Assembly: GCA_040388985.1 (NCBI GenBank)
Contig: JAZKAU010000001.1
Span: 59,359 to 123,358 of the forward strand
Direction of reading: 5' to 3'
Source: Patescibacteria group bacterium
GTDB taxonomy: Bacteria > Patescibacteriota > Minisyncoccia > Phycocordibacterales > Phycocordibacteraceae
DNA: 64,000 bases
Shown: positions 59,932-64,000 of the stretch, in pieces
How positions within the stretch are numbered: position 1 is the stretch's first letter
Layout of the letters: every line of letters starts with the position of its first letter
Made by a program: the position numbers and the translations under genes
Notes under the pieces: generated by a model
The model's database searches: none
Told to the model about the DNA's origin: nothing
Seen by the model: only the letters and a program-made list of their open reading frames with translations

Positions 59932-61245
59932 CTAAGACTCGGAAACGGAAATATGCGCGCCAATGGCCTTGAGACGCTCCACGAGGTCCTCGTAGCCGCG
60001 ATTGATGCTGTAGACGTTGCGCAGTATGGAACGGCCTTCTGCGGCAAGCATACCGATGAGAAGAATGGTCGCAGGACGCAGCGCCGGTGGACAGACTATC
60101 TGCGCGCCGCGCAGATGGGAAGGGCCGATGATCTGGATGCGGTGCGGGTCCATGAGATGCGTCTCGGCTCCGAGACGGTCGAGTTCGGTGTAATAGATGG
60201 CACGCTTCTCGTAGACCCAGTCATGTATGAGGGTGGAGCCTTCAGCACGCGTGGCGATGACAGCGAAGAACGGGAGGTTGTCGATATTGAGACCCGGATA
60301 GGGACGAGCGTGTATCTTCTCGGGAAATGCGACGAGAGACGACTCTTCTATTTTGATGTCAGCAAGACGAGTAATACCGTTCTCTGAAAGGCCCTGCGGG
60401 TGGAGCGTGAACTTGAGACCCATCTTCTCGAGCACAGCGAGCTCGACTTCGAGGAAGTCGATAGGCGCGCGCTCGATGGTGAGCGCGGAGCCGGTGGTCG
60501 CGGCAGCCGCGATGAAGAACATCGCGTCAGTCGGATCTTCTGCGACTGTGTAGGTGACGTCAGCAGTGATGTCGGCGAGGCCGGTCACGGTAATCGTGGT
60601 GGTTCCGATACCTTCGACACCTACTCCTAGAAGACGGAGATAACCGCAGACTTCTTGCACCTGATAGTTTGCGGAGGCATATTTGATGACGCTCGTGCCG
60701 GGGATGCGCGACGCTGCCAGAAGCGCATTGATAGTCGCCGTGTCGCTCGACTCATAGAGGATGACGCTCGCAGGCGCGAGCTTCGTGTGGCTTATAGCGA
60801 AACTGTCAGTCTCAGCGGTAATAGTTACCCCGAAACTCTCAAGCGCCCAGAGATGCGGACGCACGCTGCGCAGTCCCAGAGTGCAGCCGCCTGACTGCGG
60901 AAGTGAGAATGATTTGAAATGATGGAGCAGGGGACCTATGAACATGAGGATGCTGCGGGTGCGTACGGCAGCAGCGCAATCGATAGCATCAAGGTCGATG
61001 TGCTCAGGAGGAGTGAGCGCGAGATCGCGGTCGTTCCAGACGGCAGCGACGCCGATAGACTCGAGCACCTCGATAAGACGCTTAACTTCTTCTATCTTAG
61101 GAACATTCTTGAGTGTTGTCGTTCCTTTGGTTAGAAGGCAAGCGGCTAGAAGCGCGACCGCGCCGTTCTTCGAGCGGTTGGTCTGCACGCTTCCTGAAAG
61201 CGGGTGGCCGCCTTCGACGATGAAATTCAGTTCTGTGCTGGGCAT
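59932..61245 (-). CDS. murA: UDP-N-acetylglucosamine 1-carboxyvinyltransferase
   Basis: MPSTELNFIVEGGHPLSGSV..SKNGAVALLAACLL; active-site GGCTLGLRSVRPH (compare GGCAIGARPVDLH); start trimmed to MPST. Confidence 0.8.
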   Translation of the reverse strand: MPSTELNFIVEGGHPLSGSVQTNRSKNGAVALLAACLLTKGTTTLKNVPKIEEVKRLIEVLESIGVAAVWNDRDLALTPPEHIDLDAIDCAAAVRTRSILMFIGPLLHHFKSFSLPQSGGCTLGLRSVRPHLWALESFGVTITAETDSFAISHTKLAPASVILYESSDTATINALLAASRIPGTSVIKYASANYQVQEVCGYLRLLGVGVEGIGTTTITVTGLADITADVTYTVAEDPTDAMFFIAAAATTGSALTIERAPIDFLEVELAVLEKMGLKFTLHPQGLSENGITRLADIKIEESSLVAFPEKIHARPYPGLNIDNLPFFAVIATRAEGSTLIHDWVYEKRAIYYTELDRLGAETHLMDPHRIQIIGPSHLRGAQIVCPPALRPATILLIGMLAAEGRSILRNVYSINRGYEDLVERLKAIGAHISVSES

Positions 61246-61391
61246 GTTCTTGCCAGTATATACCATTCGTAGAACCTGGGTCTGTATATAAAGGGTAAGA
61301 CCGCCACAGTATGAAATGGGCGATGAAGTGGTCGATCTTCCCATTTGAACCTGACGGTCGAAATTAACGTATGGTGACGAATTGTGCCTCG

Positions 61392-61874
61392 CTATTCGGG
61401 CGGAGTCAGGCGAATGTACATCGTCGCATTGCCGTCGCCCGAATCGAGCTCCTGGTGGAGGTCAATTTCGTCGATGTCGTCGAAGACCTTCTCGCCCTCG
61501 GCAAGCACGATGCCAGCTTCGTCGAGGATGGCACGAAGTGTCATGAAGCCGGCCATTTCGTACGTAACCGGCTCCGCACCTTCGCGCACGAAGGTAAACG
61601 TTGCAGGGCTCTTGAGCGCATAGTCGTCGAGATGAAGCTCGAACGGATCGGACGAACCGATCATCTTGCCGTCGGCGCTCAAAATCTGGATGACAAGCTT
61701 GGACCCATGATAGTCTTCGCCGAAAAGATCGCCGCCGAGCATGCCGTGAACTTCCAGCGCCTGGGTCACGGCAATCTCAAGATTGCTGTTCTCACCTTCG
61801 AGCAGCGCGGGCACGTCCACGGGAAATTTGAATGCGTCCTCCGCTTCCGGGGCAGATACGTCAGTCTCAACCAT
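61392..61874 (-). CDS. Hypothetical acidic protein
   Basis: 160-aa ORF, GC-rich, no motif. Confidence 0.35.
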   Translation of the reverse strand: MVETDVSAPEAEDAFKFPVDVPALLEGENSNLEIAVTQALEVHGMLGGDLFGEDYHGSKLVIQILSADGKMIGSSDPFELHLDDYALKSPATFTFVREGAEPVTYEMAGFMTLRAILDEAGIVLAEGEKVFDDIDEIDLHQELDSGDGNATMYIRLTPPE

Positions 61875-62045
61875 CGACTCTCTCCAAGATGCCTGACCAC
61901 CTACATGATGGGCAGGCTATTGGAGAGAGGCAGGCTGAAGCCCGTCCTTTCAAAAAATAACACGCTATTGCATTAAGGCAAGTTTTATTTGCAAACACTT
62001 TCTATTTTGGCGACCGAATAGGAAAGAAGGTATAATCGTTCAGTA

Positions 62046-63059
62046 ATGGCATCCTTTTCTCCGAAACTGGGTATCGACCTGGGTACCACCAATGTTCTGG
62101 TCTTTGTGCCGGGCCGCGGCGTGGTGCTCAATGAGCCGTCAGTGGTAGCCGTCTCGACCGAAACGAACAAGGTCGTGGCTATCGGCGTAGAAGCGAAGAA
62201 GATGGTGGGTCGCACTCCCGATTCCATCGTCGCGTACCGCCCCATGAAGGACGGTGTCATCGCCGACTACCGCGTCACCGAGGCGATGCTCAGATATTTC
62301 ATGCGCAAGGCGCTCGGGCGCTACAACCTCTTCAAGCCAACGGTACTCGTTTCGGTTCCGGCAGGCGTAACCAGTACCGAGAAGCGCGCAGTTATCGAGG
62401 CTGCAGCTAAAGCCGGCGCACGCGACGCATATGTCGTGAAGGAGCCTATCCTTGCGGCCATAGGCGCGGGCATTCCGATACATGAGGCGATGGGACGTAT
62501 GGTCGTCGACATCGGCGGCGGCACTATCGACGTGGCGGTGATTTCCCTGGGAGGCATCGTCGCTTCGACTTCGGTCAAGGTCGCGGGCAATGCGCTCGAT
62601 CGCGCCATCATCGACCACGTGAAGAAGCACTACAATCTCGCCATCGGGGACAAGACGGCGGAAGACATAAAGATACAGGTCGGCTCTGCCGTGCCGGTCA
62701 CCGAAGAGCTTACGATGGCTATAAAAGGCCGTGATCTGGTGTCAGGGCTGCCGCGCACGGTAGACCTCAAGACTAATCAGGTCGTGCAGGCGCTCTCACG
62801 CGAGCTGCGCGAGATGATGGGCGCCATCCGTAAAGTGCTTCAGGAGACGCCGCCGGAGCTGGCTTCCGACATCATCGATAACGGCATCATCCTTACGGGC
62901 GGCACCTCTCAGCTGCGCAATCTTCCGGAACTCGTGCTCAGGCGTACCGGCGTACAATCGCGTCTGGCTGACGACGCCTATTTCTGTGTGGCGCGCGGCA
63001 CAGGCGTCGCGCTCAAGCATCTGGATATGTATAAGAAAAGCATCATCTCAAAACGCTAA
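62046..63059 (+). CDS. mreB: Rod shape-determining actin-like protein MreB
   Basis: GIDLGTTNVLVFVPGRGVVLNEPSVVA, VVDIGGGTIDVAVISLGG actin-fold phosphate motifs. Confidence 0.9.
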   Translation: MASFSPKLGIDLGTTNVLVFVPGRGVVLNEPSVVAVSTETNKVVAIGVEAKKMVGRTPDSIVAYRPMKDGVIADYRVTEAMLRYFMRKALGRYNLFKPTVLVSVPAGVTSTEKRAVIEAAAKAGARDAYVVKEPILAAIGAGIPIHEAMGRMVVDIGGGTIDVAVISLGGIVASTSVKVAGNALDRAIIDHVKKHYNLAIGDKTAEDIKIQVGSAVPVTEELTMAIKGRDLVSGLPRTVDLKTNQVVQALSRELREMMGAIRKVLQETPPELASDIIDNGIILTGGTSQLRNLPELVLRRTGVQSRLADDAYFCVARGTGVALKHLDMYKKSIISKR

Positions 63060-63087
63060 ACGTAGAGTAAGAAATATATGACGAAGA

Positions 63088-63116
63088 ACGGGCCCTGCGT
63101 GAAGCGCAGGGCCCGT
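63088..63116 (+). terminator. Intrinsic terminator after mreB
   Basis: acgggccctgcg-tgaa-cgcagggcccgtttct. Confidence 0.65.
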
Positions 63117-63142
63117 TTCTCATGTCTTCCGCGAGAGTCCGG

Positions 63143-63598
63143 TCAGAACCGCAGGTCGACACCGGCTTCAAAGCGCGTCCTGCCATGGGGACCAGGCTGA
63201 ACGAACAGACCGCCCTTCCAACCTTCTCCCATATGGGGGACAGGGAGGTCATGCAGGATCATGAGGCGCATGCGCCTCACTCGGCCGCCGCCCGGAAGTC
63301 CGAAGACACGGGCGCTGCGGACGATGCCGGTTCGTGCTGACCATCCGCCAAGGAGCGGAAGGCCCGGAGGCAAATTGTTCTGGATGGCCGCGCGGTCCCG
63401 CACGATGTCCGACTCCTGCCATGACGGCGCCAGGATCTCCAGCCGGTAACTCTTGGAAGCCGGGATATGGAGATCAAGCGTCATGAGGGTCGGAGCGGGA
63501 GTGACGGTCTGAAGTGGTGTGTCGGCTTTCACCGCCACCTGCGCGCTCGCGGGAATAGTCCAGAGCGCGCACATGAGAAGAGCTGCAATGCCACGCAT
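63143..63598 (-). CDS. Secreted hypothetical protein
   Basis: Signal peptide MRGIAALLMCALWTIPASAQVA; 151 aa. Confidence 0.4.
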   Translation of the reverse strand: MRGIAALLMCALWTIPASAQVAVKADTPLQTVTPAPTLMTLDLHIPASKSYRLEILAPSWQESDIVRDRAAIQNNLPPGLPLLGGWSARTGIVRSARVFGLPGGGRVRRMRLMILHDLPVPHMGEGWKGGLFVQPGPHGRTRFEAGVDLRF

Positions 63599-63751
63599 CG
63601 GGGATTCCTTTCGGTATGCAATCCGATAGCGATTCGCTACCCATATCTATCATCGCCACAAATCGGAAGAGTGTCAATTGACCTGGATGCGTGAGCATAT
63701 CCGACATGAGCGGGAGCAGGGAGGCGCAGGGCGGAGTATGATAGATGCATC

Positions 63752-64000
63752 ATGGCTCAAGCGTATTACGTTGCGGGTGAAGCGGAAGAAGGCATAGCAG
63801 AGGCGCTCGCCTTCGGCGAGCGCCTGCTCGGAATCCCCGCTGCGGGAAATCCGGATGTTGTCGTACTGCGTTTCGGCCTCTTCTCGGTTGACGATGCGCG
63901 GCGTCTCATGGATACGGCATATCGAAGCGCGAGCGGCGACCGCGGGCGCGTAGTAGTCGCGAGTGCGACGCGCATCTTCCACGAAGCACAGAACGCGCTT
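63752..64000 (+). CDS. DNA polymerase III delta'-like (HolB-like) protein, N-terminal fragment; the 3' end lies outside the window
   Basis: MAQAYYVAGEAEEG...PDVVVLRFGLFSVDDARRLMDTAYRSASGDRGRVVVASATRIFHEAQNAL resembles the clamp-loader delta' region (...IDDiR.l...GkrvviI..Adrm..eAaNALLK). Confidence 0.4.
   Translation, partial: MAQAYYVAGEAEEGIAEALAFGERLLGIPAAGNPDVVVLRFGLFSVDDARRLMDTAYRSASGDRGRVVVASATRIFHEAQNAL

Overview
The window is a moderately GC-rich bacterial chromosome segment, about 55-60% GC by eye, with several compositionally distinct patches. The conserved core comprises: (i) a complete F1Fo ATP synthase operon atpB-E-F-H-A-G-D-C at 2.0-8.7 kb, notable for a truncated delta, a truncated epsilon and an extra small membrane ORF inserted between atpG and atpD; (ii) ychF; (iii) a leuS carrying an inserted NUDIX domain; (iv) cell-wall enzymes, namely a GH18 protein with a peptidoglycan-binding domain, an M15 D,D-carboxypeptidase, a 3D-domain protein, murA and mreB; (v) tdk and csp; (vi) nrdA-nrdB preceded by a candidate cobalamin riboswitch and terminator; (vii) def-fmt, a priA-like gene with degenerate helicase motifs, grx, hpf and a partial holB-like gene. 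Two tRNAs are present: tRNA-Ala(GGC), and a tRNA-Asn(GUU) interrupted by a 236-nt group I (IC3-like) intron in the anticodon loop. An ~9.7 kb lower-GC integrated element (about 43.2-52.9 kb) abuts the 3' exon of tRNA-Asn. It carries a frameshifted serine recombinase reading into the tRNA, an excisionase-like HTH, a Rep_trans-like replication protein, a 26-bp perfect direct repeat pair, and a tightly packed five-gene minus-strand operon (APH-like kinase, Ham1/ITPase-like NTP pyrophosphatase, truncated inorganic-pyrophosphatase-like protein, Zn-ribbon protein, HEPN RNxxxH protein). That operon is my best candidate for an undescribed defence or toxin system. A family of structured intergenic elements, three copies in the same orientation as their transcripts with compensatory stem changes, sits inside the atp and nrd operons and after hpf. 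Two IR-bounded hairpin elements with similar termini lie between atpB/atpE and directly against the tdk start codon. Two 539-aa LVIVD-repeat paralogs bracket an 11-kb block, and a small ~67% GC lipoprotein cassette lies inside an AT-richer mosaic region. All calls are from reading the sequence and ORF translations; no database searches were run.
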